A stretch of 64,000 nt of DNA from the human T2T-CHM13v2.0 reference genome, Homo sapiens, in assembly GCF_009914755.1 (NCBI RefSeq), contig NC_060934.1. One strand, written 5' to 3'. This document shows positions 13,609-29,708 of this stretch, piece after piece (positions within the stretch are counted from its first letter, which is position 1; the number at the start of each line of letters is the position of its first letter). The position numbers and the translations under genes were made by a program. Under the pieces are notes generated by a model. The model worked only from the letters and a program-made list of their open reading frames with translations, was not told the DNA's origin and ran no database searches.

Positions 13609-13992
13609 GTTGGTCTCGGCTATAATAGTGCATTAACAGATAAGTTAAAAAGCAATAAAGACCAAGAAATTATTCTAGGGGTTAAAAACTTGTTAATACC
13701 AAGAATAAAGATGAAAATGGTCTTAAAGAACATGTGTACATAACATGAAGTCTGATATGCATCCTAATACCGCTATGTCTGCTATGGAATCCAGCCAGTG
13801 AATGCAGGGTTGAGGGAATGACCTGAGCAAAAATAACCTCTGGCGGTTGTGTAAATGGGTAAGAAAAGAGCAGAAAAATAATTATACCTTTCCACATTGG
13901 CAGTTATCAAAAATTAATCCAGACTTTTGCTTCTGGCATTCTGAAGTAACTGGACAAAATGTATAATAGAAATGCTTCTAGATATTGGGCAA

Positions 13993-14362
13993 TGTATTAG
14001 TCCATTCTCACACTGCTAATAAAGACATACCCAAGACTACATAATTTATAAAGGGAAGAGGTTTAATTGAGTCACAGTTCAGCATGGCTGGGGAGGCCTC
14101 AGGAAACTTACAATCATGGCAGAGGGGAAGCAAACATGTCCTTCTTCACGTAGCGGCAGCAAGGAGAGGTGCCAAGCAAAAGGGGAAAAACCCCTTTATA
14201 AAACCATCAGAGCTTGTAAGAACTCACTATCACAAGAACAGAAGCATGGACTAACAGCACCTATGATTCATTTGTCTCCCACTGGGTCCCTCCCACATGT
14301 GGAGATTATGGAAACTACAATTCAAGATGAGATTTGGGTGGGGGCACAGCCAAACCGTATCA
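13993..14362 (-). mobile_element. THE1 (C/D-like) solo LTR
   Basis: tgtattagtccattctcacactgctaataaagacataccc…cagccaaaccgtatca; minus-strand ATTAAA at 14062-14067. Confidence 0.9.
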
Positions 14363-16620
14363 GGAAACAAGCAGCACAGGACTATGATGCATGAGGGAAG
14401 GAAAATGAGTAAGGAAAACTCCACATTCACTCTGGTTTTCTCTGAGAAGCATTTCCAGACAGCTGTGCAAGAGTGGATCAAACAATACAGTGGCAATGCT
14501 GAATTGAAAGGACAGAAATCAGAGTTTGAGGCTACTCAAGGAGCTGGAATTTGTGGGGCAAGGAGGGCATAGCAGGAAAGGAGCTATGAAGAAAAAGAGG
14601 CCCAGAAAGCTGCACAGGAATTCCCATGAATCTTTGCCAAATATTAACTACAATGTTCAGGACAAGACTCCTAAAGGCTGGGAAAGAAAAAACAAAAACT
14701 ACCAGGGAAAGACCAACTACAAGGAAGATATAACTACCAGGGAAAGACCAATTACAAGGAAGATATAAGCTAAACAATCACTGGAGTTTTCACAGAACTA
14801 GAAAACACTCACACTCTGATCAGCCAGAGAGTAACGATGTTACTAAGCACCCTGGTCAAGAGGCAGTAATCCCAGAAGTCTTAAGATTAGGGTTAATCTA
14901 GCCCAGGAGTAAAGACTAGTAAGGACCAAGTCTAACAGGCATTAAAAACCAGCCCTGAAAGAATCAAGCTAACCAAAAATTAACGACCTGCTAGAATGAA
15001 ACCCAACAGACCATAAAAAAAGACAAAAAGAATTCATACAACCAAAAATGTACTATTCTTAATGTCTACGATACAGTAAAAACCAAAAACCAAAAAACAA
15101 AAAAACCCACAGAAAACTAGACATTCAGAGTAAGAGGAAAAAAGTGGCTTACAAACAAAAGAAAAATCCATCAATGCAAACAGAATCAGAAATTACATTA
15201 CCAGATAAAAATGTTAAAACAGCAATTTAAAATATGTGCAAAGATTTAAAGAAAAACATGAACATAATAAGGAAATAAATAGTATCTAAATTGAGAAATG
15301 AAATTATAAAAAGAGCTATACCTTGCATACACTTGGAAGTGAAAAATGCAACATCTGAAACAATAAATCTTACTGAATATGCTTATCAGGAGATTAGACA
15401 CTACAGAACAAAAAAAATCACTGAACTTAATGACAGTGCACAAGAAACTATCCAAACTGAAGCCAAAAGGGGGATGGTGGGGGAGGGGAGGGGGGAAGAT
15501 GATGAAAAGAAACAAAACAAGATAAAAAGTTTTGTATAAGTGACCTGTGGAAGATATCAAGTGATCTAACACAAGAGTAATGTAAGTTCTAGGAGAGGAG
15601 AGAGAGATGGGAAATCAATCAATCAATAAAAAAAAAGGCTGAAAATTACTAACCTACCAACCAATCAATTAATTTTAAAAAATGGCTGAAAATTTATCAA
15701 ACTTTATGAACACTATAAACCCATATATGAGACAAGCTCCATAAAACTGTCAAAAAGAAATAAAGAACATGTTACATGAGAAACTGCTAAAACCCAATGA
15801 TAAACAGAAAATTTTAAGAGGCCACAGAAAAATAGACACAGAGAACAATGTAAGAAAGACACTAAAACAATGCAAACCAGAGACAAGAAAACACCCTTGA
15901 AGCAAGGTAGAAGTAAAAAAAATAAAAAACCTGTCAACCTAAAATTTCATATCCTGAAAAAAAATTCCTCCAAAAACTGAAAACAAAATAAAAATATTTC
16001 AGATAAACAAAAGCTAATTAATGACCAAAAAGAACTGTACTACAATAAATACAAAAGAAAAAATTCTTCAGGATAAAGGCAAATGATACCAGATGGAAGC
16101 GCCTATCTACATCAAGGAAAGAAGAGCATCAGAAATGGTAAATAGAGAAGCGGCAGTCAATGTGAAAAACTTTTTCCTCCTCTCTAAAGTTATTTAAGAA
16201 AACTAACTTAAGGAAAAAAAAAAACAATATTACTGGGAGTTATAACATATCAACTAATGTAACCTAACATTTATGGAACACTGATGGGGCACATAAAACT
16301 TTTAAGTGTGCATGTAAAATTCACCAACTAGAGAATACGCAGGCCCATAAAACAAATCAACAAATTGTGAAGGACTAGAATTATATAGACTATGAATTTT
16401 GATCAGGACATAATTTAAATTAGAAATCAGTAACAAAATGTTTCGGATATCTCCGAATACTTGAAAACAAACAAATTCTCAATTTCTAAATAACAGGCCC
16501 CAGGTCTTACAAAAGAAAATATTTGAAACTGAATGATAATGAAATTACAGAATGTGTGAGATGCTGCTAAAACAACGGAGAAAAACTTCTAACTTGAAAT
16601 GCTTACACTAAAAAAGAAGA

Positions 16621-16920
16621 GGCCGGGCACGGTGGCTCACGCCTGTAATCCCAGCACTTTGGGAGGCCAAAACAGGCGGATCATGATGTCAGCAGATCGA
16701 GACCATCCTGGCTAACAGAGTGAAACTCCGTCTCTACTAAAAAAAAAATACAAAAAATTAGCTGAGCCCGGTGGCAGCCACCTGTAGTCCCAGCTACTCA
16801 GGAGGCTGAGGCAGGAGAATGACGTGAACCCAGGAGGCGGAGCATGCAGTGAGCCGAGATAGCGCCACTGGACTCTGGCCTGTGTGAAAGAGCAAGACTC
16901 TGTCTCAAAAAAAAAGAAGA
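16621..16920 (+). mobile_element. AluY/Sc-like
   Basis: Full-length Alu with gagaccatcctggctaaca. Confidence 0.92.
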
Positions 16921-17154
16921 AAAACTGAAAATCAATCACGTAAGCTTTCACCTAAACAAGCTAGAAAAATCACAGCCAGCTGTACTCAGAAGAAGAAAAG
17001 CAAATCATTGAAATACAAAACAAAGAATAAAATAACTCAGTGAAACTACAATCAGCTATTTGGACCAATCAATCAAAGGGGGGAAAAATGGAAAACATAA
17101 ATTAACAATAAAAATGGGGACAATACAGACTAACTCAGAAGAAATGTACTTTTT

Positions 17155-18068
<914 letters not shown>

Positions 18069-18078
18069 ACATTTTCTT

Positions 18079-18367
18079 TCTTTCTTTCTTTTGAGATGGA
18101 GTTTCACTCTTGTTGCCCAGGCCGGAGTGCAATGGTGTGATCTCAGCTCACTCCACTTCCTGGGTTCAAGCAATTCTCCTGCCTCAGCCTCCCGAGTAGC
18201 TGGGATCACAGGTGTGCACCACCACACTCGGCTAATTTTGTATTTTTTGTTGAGATGGGGTTTCTCCATGTTGGTCAGGCTAGTCTTGAACTCCCGAACT
18301 GAGGTGATCCACCCGCCTCAGCCTCTCAAAGTGCTGGGATTACAGGCGTGAGCCACCGTGCCCGGCC
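18079..18367 (-). mobile_element. AluSp/Sq-like
   Basis: Full-length Alu; TSD aaatgtacatttt at 17905-17917 and 18369-18381. Confidence 0.9.
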
Positions 18368-21300
18368 AAAATGTACATTTTTAAGACATGAGAATTACCA
18401 AAAGACTCTAGAGGAAACAGAAAATCTGAAGAGCCTTATATCAAAAAACTCAATTCATAATTCAAAACTTTCCCACAAAGAAAATTCAAGACCCAGATGG
18501 CGTCAATAATGAATTTTTTCAAACATTCAAAAAAGAAAAACTATCAAATTTTACTCATTTTATGAGACTCGATAGTCCTGAAACAAAAACTATACAAAGA
18601 TACTATAATACCAGAAGAAAACTACAAACTAATATCCCTCATGAACGTGGAAAAATTTTAAGTAAAATACTAACAAATGAAATCCAGAAATATATAAAAA
18701 GGAAGATACAAAAAATAAAAGCCACATAGACATAGAAAAGGCATTTGACACAATTCAACATTTCATGATAAATCATTCTGCAAACAAAAAATAGAAGGGC
18801 ATTTGTAAAATCTGACAAGGGTTACACAAAAAAATCTTACAGATAACATAATATTCTATGGTGAATGACTGGATGCTTTCCCCTTAAGATTTAAGACAAG
18901 GATGTCTGCTCTTGCCATCTATATTCCACACTGTACTAGAAGTTGCAGCCAAAGTAATTGCCAAGAAAATAAAATTAAAGACATCCAGATTGGAAAGGAG
19001 GAGGTAAAACAGCTCTCATAAAGAGAAAATTCTAAGGAATCCACTAAAAAACAATGAGAATAACTGAGTTCATAAGGTTGTAAAATATAAAATCAATACA
19101 GTATCCACTGTCTTCCCACATACTAGCAACCAACAACCCAAAAGTAAAATTAAGAAAATAATTTCATATATAATAGCAACAAAAGTAATAAAATGCTTAG
19201 GAAAAAATTTAGCAAAAGTATCAAAAACTCTGAAATCTACAAAACATTACTGAAAGAAATCGAAGATCTAAATAAATGGAAAAAATATCCCATGTTCATG
19301 GATCTGAACTGAAGCCTTCATATTGTTGAGATTATGATAATCCCTGAAATAATCTACAAATTCGGTGCAATTTCTACCAAAACACAAGTTGGCTTCTTTG
19401 TATAAATTAACAAGCTGATTCTAAAATTCATTTGGAAACTCACAGGCCTCAAAATAGCTAAAACAATCTTGAAAAAGAATAACAAAGTTGAAACTAACAT
19501 GCCCCAATTTAAAAACTTACTACAAAGCAACAGTACTAAAGATAGTGTGGTACTCGCATAAGGATAGACATATAAATAAGTGAAATAGCATTGAAAGTAC
19601 AAAAATAAAACTATATATCTGCTGTCAATTGGTTGTTGACAAGAGTGCCAAGACCATTTGATAAAAAGAGAACAGTCTTTTCTACACATGGTGCTGGAAC
19701 AACAGGACAGCCACAGGCAAAAGAATAAAACTGAATCCTTAGCTCATATCACATACAAAAATTAACTCAAAATGGATCAAAGATATAAATGTAAGAGCCA
19801 AACTATAAAACCCTTAGGGCTAGGAGAGATGGACGGATTGGAGTGGGAAAGAAAAGGGTATGGCATTTCATTTTGAGGTAACAAACGATGTTCTAAAGTT
19901 GTGGTAATGGTTGTACAACTCTGAACATACTAAAAAACACTGAATTGTACACTTAGAATGTATGAATTGTGTGGTATGAGCTGCAAAAATATTCAGGTGA
20001 AAATTCCAAGGAGAGAGCAAAGATCATGAAAAAGTGAGAGGAGGTTATTGACAGCGGCTCATGAGTGAGTGAGGGTGATAAGTAGCATGGAAACCATGGG
20101 TGCCAGATGGGCCTTAAATATTCCTAGGGAACATTAAAGAGCTCTAATTGACAAAGGCATACAATCCACTCTGTAATTTTCTAAGATCACCTTGACTACG
20201 GGGTGAAGAATGGATTGTAAAGGGAAGGTAGGAAGCAGGAAACCAGTTGAAAGGTTACTCTAGCAACCCAGGTGAGAGATGAGGGTGGCTTAAACCAATG
20301 TCTTGGGGAAGCTTACATTCTAGCAGCCATTTTGTAATGTTTATTTGTGCAGCTGTTTCTTTCTTTCAAAGATTTTCTTCATGAAGGTAAGGGTTATGTA
20401 TGTTTCATTTAACCAGTGCTCCCCAAACTGAACTGATTACAGAAATATAATGTATATGGGGTTGGAAGTCAGATTCTGGTATGGTTAAGATGGATTCAAT
20501 AGGGGCTGTCCAAGGAGAAGAGCCGATATTTTTAAAACAGCAAATATAAAAGGCAACAGAGAGTACTAGGCGTGTTAAAATCACTCTACGTATGTTGAAA
20601 AAATGAGCATAAGCTTATTTACTAATATTAGAATGCTATCACCCAAAACTTCACAGGAGTATAAATGGTACAATTAGATGCTTTTGTGTAATGGGTAGTC
20701 AACTTAGGGAATTAATACTCAGTTGAAAATGTGAAGAATTCTGGAAAGGTCTAAATATAAATATGAAAGACTGATCCATGATGTCACGGTAAGGCCTAGA
20801 TTTCAGGTGTTGACAACATGAGGGACAACTGTCACCCACTTCACTCCTTTCAAACTCCCACTGCACTCTGAAAGAAACTCTCACACTCACACACGCATGC
20901 AATACCATTTGGGTCTGACTCAGTATAACCTTGCTTTTTTTTTCTTTTAACATAGGAACACTATAATATATAGGAGATGCCTCAAAGGGAGAGGCTACAT
21001 AAATGTAAGATATTATATATGTATTGAGGTGATAACAACTGTATTTAGAGACATGCCTCTGGAATTTAAAAAAAAAAAAAATTAAATCCGGAACGTTAGC
21101 ACTGCCGGCATTTCTCCCAGGGCAAAATACATTTAGCATCCTATTAAATCAAAGGAAGTCCACTGCACACAGTGGCAAGCTTTTCCAGCTGGTGTTAACA
21201 CAGATTGATGCACATGTTCAATCACGCTGAACCTGACACTGGGCTTCCTGAAATTTATACTACAAAACGGAAACGCTTTATGTGTTGCAACTTCCCAACC

Positions 21301-22306
21301 CCTTTAAGGCAATAACTCACCAGGCAGAAATACAATTCACTTAGCATTTTAAAAATCCATGCTGAAAACATTTTCTGGGGCTAAAGATTTCACTGAAATA
21401 GAATATATAAAATGGAACTTGTTAAAAAATATCATGTAGGAGACTTGACGGGAGTCATTTTTGATTATCAGTGAAGGCCAGGGGAATCAAAGGATATGGT
21501 ATGATTTTTTGTGAAGTATGGCAAAAGAAATATTAATGCAGAATTAAAACGTAGGAGCATGCAATAAAATCCAAGTCAAAATTCAAAGTTGGGTACAAAT
21601 ATTCTATTCCCAACATTTTCTTTTTCAAATAAAATTAAGGCATATATTTGGAACCACAGCAATCTGTCACCTAATAATAAATTAGGCCTTTTTATTGGCT
21701 CAGTTTTGACACATTGATGGGTATACCATTGGGAGGAATGCTTATTTTTGAATTAGGAAGATCTGAACTAAAAACTGGATTCTGTCTATAATAAGCCATG
21801 TCAATAACGTGGCCTTAGGCAAGTCACAATCTCCCTTGGTCCCATCATCTTTAAAAAGAGGCCAGAGAGCTCTCCTTGCCTACATTATACAACTGAGATT
21901 AAGTGCATGAAACTCTTCTGCAAATTACGATATTCTGCACAAAAACTAAGATATGTCTGTAATTATATCTAGCTTAAAACTAATCTGAAAAATGTTAGTG
22001 ATCAATTGACAAAGTCAATCTTATTCATGCGAAAGTGGCACAGTTTACAATTCCATAAAGAACATCCTTGTCACTTACTGCTCTATCTATTAAGCTAGAC
22101 CTTCTTTTCATAGTAATAGGATTTAGGCAAGAAAACCAATTCTGTTAACAACATAAAGCTGCCTTGGGTTGGGGAAGGTAATTACCCCGAAACAAAAATC
22201 TAGTCTAAAAAAATTAACTTTTTTATTATGTATTTGGAGTCTGCTTATTCTAGACATAGTTAATAATCGCACTACATCTTTTCTTAAGGAAATAGTTAAA
22301 AGATTT

Positions 22307-22613
22307 AGCCAGGTGGGTGGCTGATTCCTGTAATCCTAACATTTTGGGAGGACAAGGTGGAAGGACGGCCTCAGCTCAGGAGTTCGAGACCAGCCTGGGC
22401 AACGTAGGGAGACTCAATCTCTAAAAAAGTTAAAAAATTAGCCAGGCATGGTGATGCATGCCTGTGGTCCCAGCTACTTGGAAGGCTGAGGTGCAAGGAT
22501 CACCTGGGCCCAGAAGGTCAAGGTTGTAGTGAGCCATGATCATGCCACTGCAAGCCAGTCTGGGTGACACAGAGCAAGACTCTGTCTCAAAAAAAAAAAA
22601 AAGAAAGAAAGAA
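22307..22613 (+). mobile_element. AluJ
   Basis: Diverged two-arm Alu (gagccatgatcatgccactg). Confidence 0.9.
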
Positions 22614-23833
22614 AAGATTTCATATAAGAGCTGAACTACTTTGTCGACCTCCAGAAGAGACTTCTTTTTCTATAATGCTTTTAATTGATAATAAAGATTT
22701 CAAAAGATGGATTTATATAGCATATGTTAAACATGAAATAAATTACTAATATGTAGACAAGTGACAAATGCATTATAGTGTAGGCACACAACTGATATAA
22801 CAAATGAAGCAATTGGTTCAGAACAGTGGTTGTTATCATGAATTCTGGGAGAATAAAAAAAATCCCCAATGAAATAAGCGCTGTCACAAAAGGTAATGTT
22901 AAGACAGTGAGAAATTAAACAATTAGAAAATAATGTTGTCACTTGCAGAGAGGTAGTTTAAGATCTTAATATGGATAAAGAAGTGAGTCTAATCAGTTAC
23001 TGCAAGTACTACAAAGTACCCAACACTTACTAGGAACAAGTTAATAATCATATAAAGGATGTCAAAAAGAAAGAATTGAATGAATGGGTGAATGAGTGAA
23101 TGAAACAACCAATGGTCCAACCAAAAAGCCAATCAGAGCTTTTTACACAGAACAACCAGAACTTGCTCCCAGCCTCAATATAAAACTCCCAAGAAAGGCA
23201 CAGACTTGGAAAATTGCTTGTAATTATAAAATTCTTAGGATGGATGGACTGCGGGCATACTCTTCTTGCTATGTCTTTTGTCCACCCTGAGTACTGGCCA
23301 TGCAGAATCCCTTCATCTGAGCTCCTCCCTCTTGCCCCTTCTTTTCCCTCGCTTTTCTCTTCTGACCCTTCCTATGTGCCTCAGTTTTCACACAGGAGGA
23401 TAATTCCCAGCCTTTCTTTTATCCACAGGATACACTGACCAATCCCACTGTGTGAGGTGAGACTTTGGCTTTGGATCTACTCTGTTGTTTCTTTCTCACT
23501 AGGCACTCGGTAACTAACTGCCTCTTCCCTGTCAAAAGGGTGGGGCTGGGGTGACCTCTCTGCTTAGACTGTTTCAGAAGAGCCCAGGTTTCAGAAAGCT
23601 GGTCTCTAAACAGTCAAAGTTTAATAGCATAAATATCCACTGTGCCCGTATGTGTATGTGCGTGTGTGTGTTCATTTACCTAACATTCACTGAGCAGCTG
23701 TACTCATTCCTGAATCAAGGCTAAATTCTTTAAGCAGATTATCCTTTTAATCCTCACAAAGACACCAGGAGGTGGGAGCTGTTATTACCCTCATTTTACA
23801 TGAGGTGTAGAAGGGAGGTAAAATAACGTTATC

Positions 23834-24198
23834 TGTTCTAGTCCGTTTTCACGCTACTCATAGAGACATACCCGAGACTGGGCAATTTACAAAAGAAAGG
23901 TTTAACTGGACTTATAGTTCCACGAGGCTGGGGAGGCCTCACAATCATGGTGGAAGGCAAGGAGAAGCAAGTCACATCTTACATGAATGGCAGGAGCCAC
24001 AAGAGAGGGCTTGTGTATGAGACCCCCATTTTTAAAACCATGAGATCTTGTGAGACCCATTCAGTATCACAAGAACGGCACAGGAAAGACCCGCCCCCAT
24101 GATTCAGTCATCTCCCACCAGGTCCCTCCCACAACGCGTGGGAATTATGGGAGCTACCAGATGAGATTTGGGTGAGGACACAGAGCCACATCATATCA
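23834..24198 (-). mobile_element. THE1A/B solo LTR inserted into a MIR
   Basis: tgttctagtccgttttcacgct…gagccacatcatatca; near-TSD ttatc/atatc; MIR-like sequence on both flanks (about 23680-24300). Confidence 0.88.
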
Positions 24199-26206
24199 AT
24201 ATCTGAAGGTCACAGAACAAGGCAGTGGGAGAGTGAGGTTTGAACCCAAGCCTAGTGATGGAGAGTCCAGCACTTAACCTCTATCCTCTACTGTTTACAT
24301 TTAAAAAACGTTTTAAACCTCTGGATAAAATAAATGGGAACCAGTTGACAGAATGACAGTAACAGAAGAGAAGATAAACAAGACACTTATAATCAGGGAC
24401 TTAATTGACCAAACAAATACTGGATTTTCTTCTTCCCTGCCTCAGAAAAGAAAGTTATTTTTCTTTAGCTTCTTAATGTCCACAGGAAAAGGATTAAGAG
24501 ATATAACAAGAGATTTTTGACTGTACATCCACTCATTGTTAATTCTGTTTATTCTGGAGTATATAATTGAGAGGAAATTCTCAATTCATAACATCCTTTA
24601 CTCTCTGAAGGGGATTAGTATTTGTTTCCACTCTTCACAAGTATGCTAGAAAATACTATGCTTCTCATAGTTACTGTAGTAAAAAATGTTATTGATTGTG
24701 GGCACATATTGCAGGGCACTAAGCTGGCTAGCCCCAGGTGTATGCAGCGTTGCAGACATACGTCCCATAGGCTGCTGGGATTGGTGCAAATTAAGGTTTT
24801 GATGTCTATAGCACTTTGTTTTGTTGCATGCCGAGCAGACCAATGTGATTTTTTTTCCCTCTTCTCCAAAGGCAAAATTATCTGGGTAACAAATGCGGGA
24901 CAAGAGGTCCCATTACTGCCTAGAAGCCAAGCAACCAGAAACGATTCCAATTCAGAACAAGCAGCAGAAACCATGGAATGCTCAGGAAAGAGAATTATGC
25001 AAAACACAGAATCCAGATCTTCAGCTCACACAACAGCGGTCTCATCGGCAGGTGAGAAAATGCAGAAATGGAATAGAAAACTGCTAACAAACCCCAGGTG
25101 ACGTCACCAGCTCCCAAATCACTTTTTTTTTTTTTTTTTTTTTTCCTGGGGCTGTTGACCTATTCTGAGGATTGTTCAGGGTATGCATTGAGTTTCCTTT
25201 CTTCACTACCAACGCAGGATTTTTATCCTCTCTACTAATTAATTCTTCTAAGAAATAATATATAAAAGAACAAAAAAGGGGTGAAAGTTCAGTTAGCCAC
25301 ACGGCTGGCTGCTTTTTAGGAGTCTGGATGCTGGCTGAAAATACTGGGCAAAAAGAGACTTCTGCATTCAGGCAGGCTCCGGAGGATATTTCAATTATGT
25401 GCATTCCACTGTCCTGTCCTGGCCGAGTTAACTGCATATGTCAGGAAAAAGAGAATAATCCCCCAACCCCCATCTGTCTCATAAGAGAACCCCTTTTTCC
25501 TATGAAGCTAAAACACACCACACAGCTCCAGCAATGGGGAGCCATCTGTGGTGTCAACCGAGGTGGCCACAGTCCCTGAATGGCCACGGATGTCTGCCTG
25601 GGAGTCAGCCCGACCCATTAACATCCTCGATCCTTCTGGCTTCAGTGTTTAGGAACCATAGTGCTTCAGGCTCAATCTTTCACTCTCTGCAGTCACACAC
25701 AAGGGATCTCATCCAATTTGTACTCTTAAATGTATGCTGATAATGCCCCAAACTATATATGCAGCCTAGACGTCTCTTCTGGACTCTAGATTCTTATACC
25801 CTATCGCCTTCTCAATGAGACACCCTTAAGGCATCTCAAATTTAAGATATCTGAGGCTCAGGTCAGGATGACCTCCTCTCCTCAATCCCTCTCCTAATCT
25901 ACTCTTCCTAAAATCTTTCCCAGCCTTCCAGTTGCTTAGACCAAAAACCTCACAGTTAACCTTAACTCTCTCACCCCTCATCTAAACTGTCACCAATTCC
26001 TGTTAGTTTTGCCTTGGAAACAGATCCAGTATCCGACCATTACTTCTACCACTACCAGTACCATCTGGATGAAGCCAGCATCTACTCCCACCAGGATTGC
26101 AATGATAGTCTCCTATCTCTCAGACTCTCCACTTCCACCCTTGCCCTCTGCCCTCCAGCCTATTTTCAGCACAGCAGCCAAAGAACTCCTCTGAAAAACA
26201 GTCAGG

Positions 26207-26501
<295 letters not shown>

Positions 26502-26549
26502 TCAGATCATGCTATGCCTTTCCTCAAAACCCTTCAATGTCTTCCCATT

Positions 26550-27020
26550 TGTATCAGTTTCCTTTTGCTGCTCTAACCAATGACTACAAGCAGTGGCTTA
26601 AAATAATAGAAATCTAGTCTCTTACTGTTGTAGAGTGCACAAGTCCAAAAACTGGATTTTATGGAGCTAAAATTGAGGTGCCAATAAAGCTGCATTCCTT
26701 CTGGAGGCTTCGGGATTGCAGGGGGGACATCCGGCTGCATGCCTTTCCAGTTTCTGGAGGCTGCCTGTACTTCTCGGCTCGTGGCCCCTTCCATGAGTGA
26801 CTCCAGCCTCTTGCTTCTGTCACCATGTCTTCTACTCCTACCTCTGACCCTCCTTCCTCTGTCTTAGGAGGCCCCTTGTGATTACACCGGGCTCACCTGG
26901 GCAATCCAGGATAATCTCCCCATCTCAAGACTACAAAGTCCATAAGCAAAGTCACTTTCCCTATATAAGGTAACAAATTCTCACATTCTGGTGATTAGGA
27001 CGGGAGCATCTATAGGAGTG
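26550..27020 (-). mobile_element. MLT1D/E-like MaLR LTR
   Basis: tgtatcagtttcct…gctgct…agtggcttaaaataatagaaat…ggataatctccccatctcaaga. Confidence 0.75.
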
Positions 27021-29163
27021 CCCATTTCACCCGGAGTAAAAGCCCAAGTTCGGACAATGTCCTACCAGTTCCCATGTGAACCAGACCCCATTTCCTGTCT
27101 AAGCTCATTGCTTACAACTCTCTCCCCTTCACTCACTCTGTTCCAGCCACACTGGCCTTGCTCTTCCTCAACACAAGCCCACCCAGGACCTTTGCACTTA
27201 CCATTCTCTCTGTCAGGGGACCTCCCTCCTTCCTTTAAGTCTCTGCATAAAGGGCACCACCCTATGAGTGAGGGTTTCTCTGATTACCCGTTCCCCAGCC
27301 GGGCTCTCCCTTCCATGCTCCATTTTTTTCCCAGAGCTCTTAATACCACATATCTGTCATTCATATTCTCTCTCTCTTTCTTCTGTCTTCTCCCGCTAGA
27401 ACATCATCAGTCACGCGTGTTCTGTCTCTTGTTCTAATCCCTAGCAAATACCAGGGGCTCAACAAACAGTTGTTGAGTAAGTGACTCTTACTTTACCGGA
27501 AAAGGCAAGTTCCTTGGACTCAAAGGTCTGCCCTCAAATAGGAACTTAACCTGAATGAATAAATGAATGAATGGGTACACGAGACTCAACTTACATCTCA
27601 TTTCTTATAGGTATATAGACTAATATGAAAGCAAGTGCTTTACTACTTAAGAACCAGACATAACAGTTTAAATGGCTTATTCAAAGACACACAGTGAAGG
27701 TAAAGTAACACAATCACGTATTAAACCTCCAGCCAAGCCCCTGACTTTATTTTGCTGTGTCCCTGTATGTTCTCAGACCTGATAAATCAGAACTCGCCTG
27801 GATTCTCTTGCTTGGCTCAAATACCAGTACCAAAAAGTTTACAAGTCAATAAACTCTGGATTTATTATGAAAGGAAATTTCACAGAAATCTCAAAAGCAT
27901 TTATCTCGTGTATTCAGATATGTAAAAAATATACAGCGAGAGATCATCATCCACACTTTAAAACACCCCCAGAAGCAAACCTGCAGCATAAGCTTCATAT
28001 GCATCACCAGTGCCCAGCACTGCCCATCAGCCAGCCCGGAGCAGCATCCAGATGGTCACCTCAGGCGTTGGGGACACAAAAAAACCAAAGACGATCCCAT
28101 CCTGGGGCATGTTTACTGAGGGGAAAGAGACACGGGGACAACGCAACTGGCTTGGAAAGGGCCAGCAATTTGTCTTGCAGAGGCCATCTCAGCTGCGTTT
28201 TGCAAAGTGTTATGCTAGCCTTGCTCACATGCCGGCAAAGCCCACGCCAACTCACCATCCAGCAACATCTCTCCGCCTGCCTTTTCGGGAGAGTGTGCTG
28301 GGGTTGTGTTTTGTTCAAACTTGGAAACTGCATTTCTAGGAATCCTCTTACCAGCATATGGGTGGGAAAAAGGACCTCACCGTGATCAGGAAGCTGGACC
28401 CAGAGGAGGGACTGTCAGGTTCAAATCTCACCTGACTCACTAGCTGTGTCCCCACAGACTTGTCAGCAACCAACTCTCTCTATGCCTCAGTGTCCTCATC
28501 TTTAAAAAGTCTCCTTATAATTCTTACGATAATTATAGGTGATATTGCAGGAAAAACATTTACAGTGCCTTGCAATTCCAGGCCTTAATAGATACTACCT
28601 ATTATTATAATAGCTGTTACTGTATTAGTAGTATACTAATCTTGACTTTTTAAAAAAAATCACCATTCAAAAATAAATAGTCCATTTGTCTTCATCTTGA
28701 GTTTTGCTTGTGACAGTGACTTCTAAAGGTTTATCACGTACTTACAACTGTTTGTCTATAATCAGGAAAAACTGCTATCAGGCAAATGTTAAGATTAAGC
28801 TTTTCTACATACGGCTCGCAAAAATAAAGTCATTTAAAGCCTTCCCCCTCAATTCTACACCTGAATAAAAATATACATGATTTGTTAATGGAAAGCCTTA
28901 CAGAAATGTTGAACAAATATGACCTCATGCAGTATTTAAATAAGATAAGCAAAATGAGTAAGATTTTAAAATATATACATAGGCATGCGTAGGTTCAACT
29001 AGACATTTTTGTGGCAAATTACTGTCTGATAAAATAATTGTTTAATATCCTACGTTGCCTCACTGCTTGAAAAATGAAATAAGATCAAATGACATCAAAA
29101 TACACATTTATTTTTCCGTTTCTACTAACCACACTAACCAAGCATACATGTCAGAGGCATTAA

Positions 29164-29682
<519 letters not shown>

Positions 29683-29708
29683 TGATTCTGTCACCCTGCT
29701 CCCAAAGC

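Noticed and set aside
15468-15496. G-run cluster (G4-like) in the old L1
   Set aside because: Short and isolated, with no context suggesting function; similar G runs occur near 53970 and 57110.
24615-25437. 159-aa plus-strand ORF and overlapping minus-strand ORFs; plus-strand donor-like CAG|GTGAGA near 25050
   Set aside because: The ORF has a non-ATG start and no recognisable domain or codon pattern. An antisense lncRNA exon is possible but cannot be defined from sequence alone.
27867-28385. 172-aa ATG-initiated plus-strand ORF
   Set aside because: No recognisable homology, motif or supporting splice/promoter context; the length is within chance range for a 64-kb six-frame scan.
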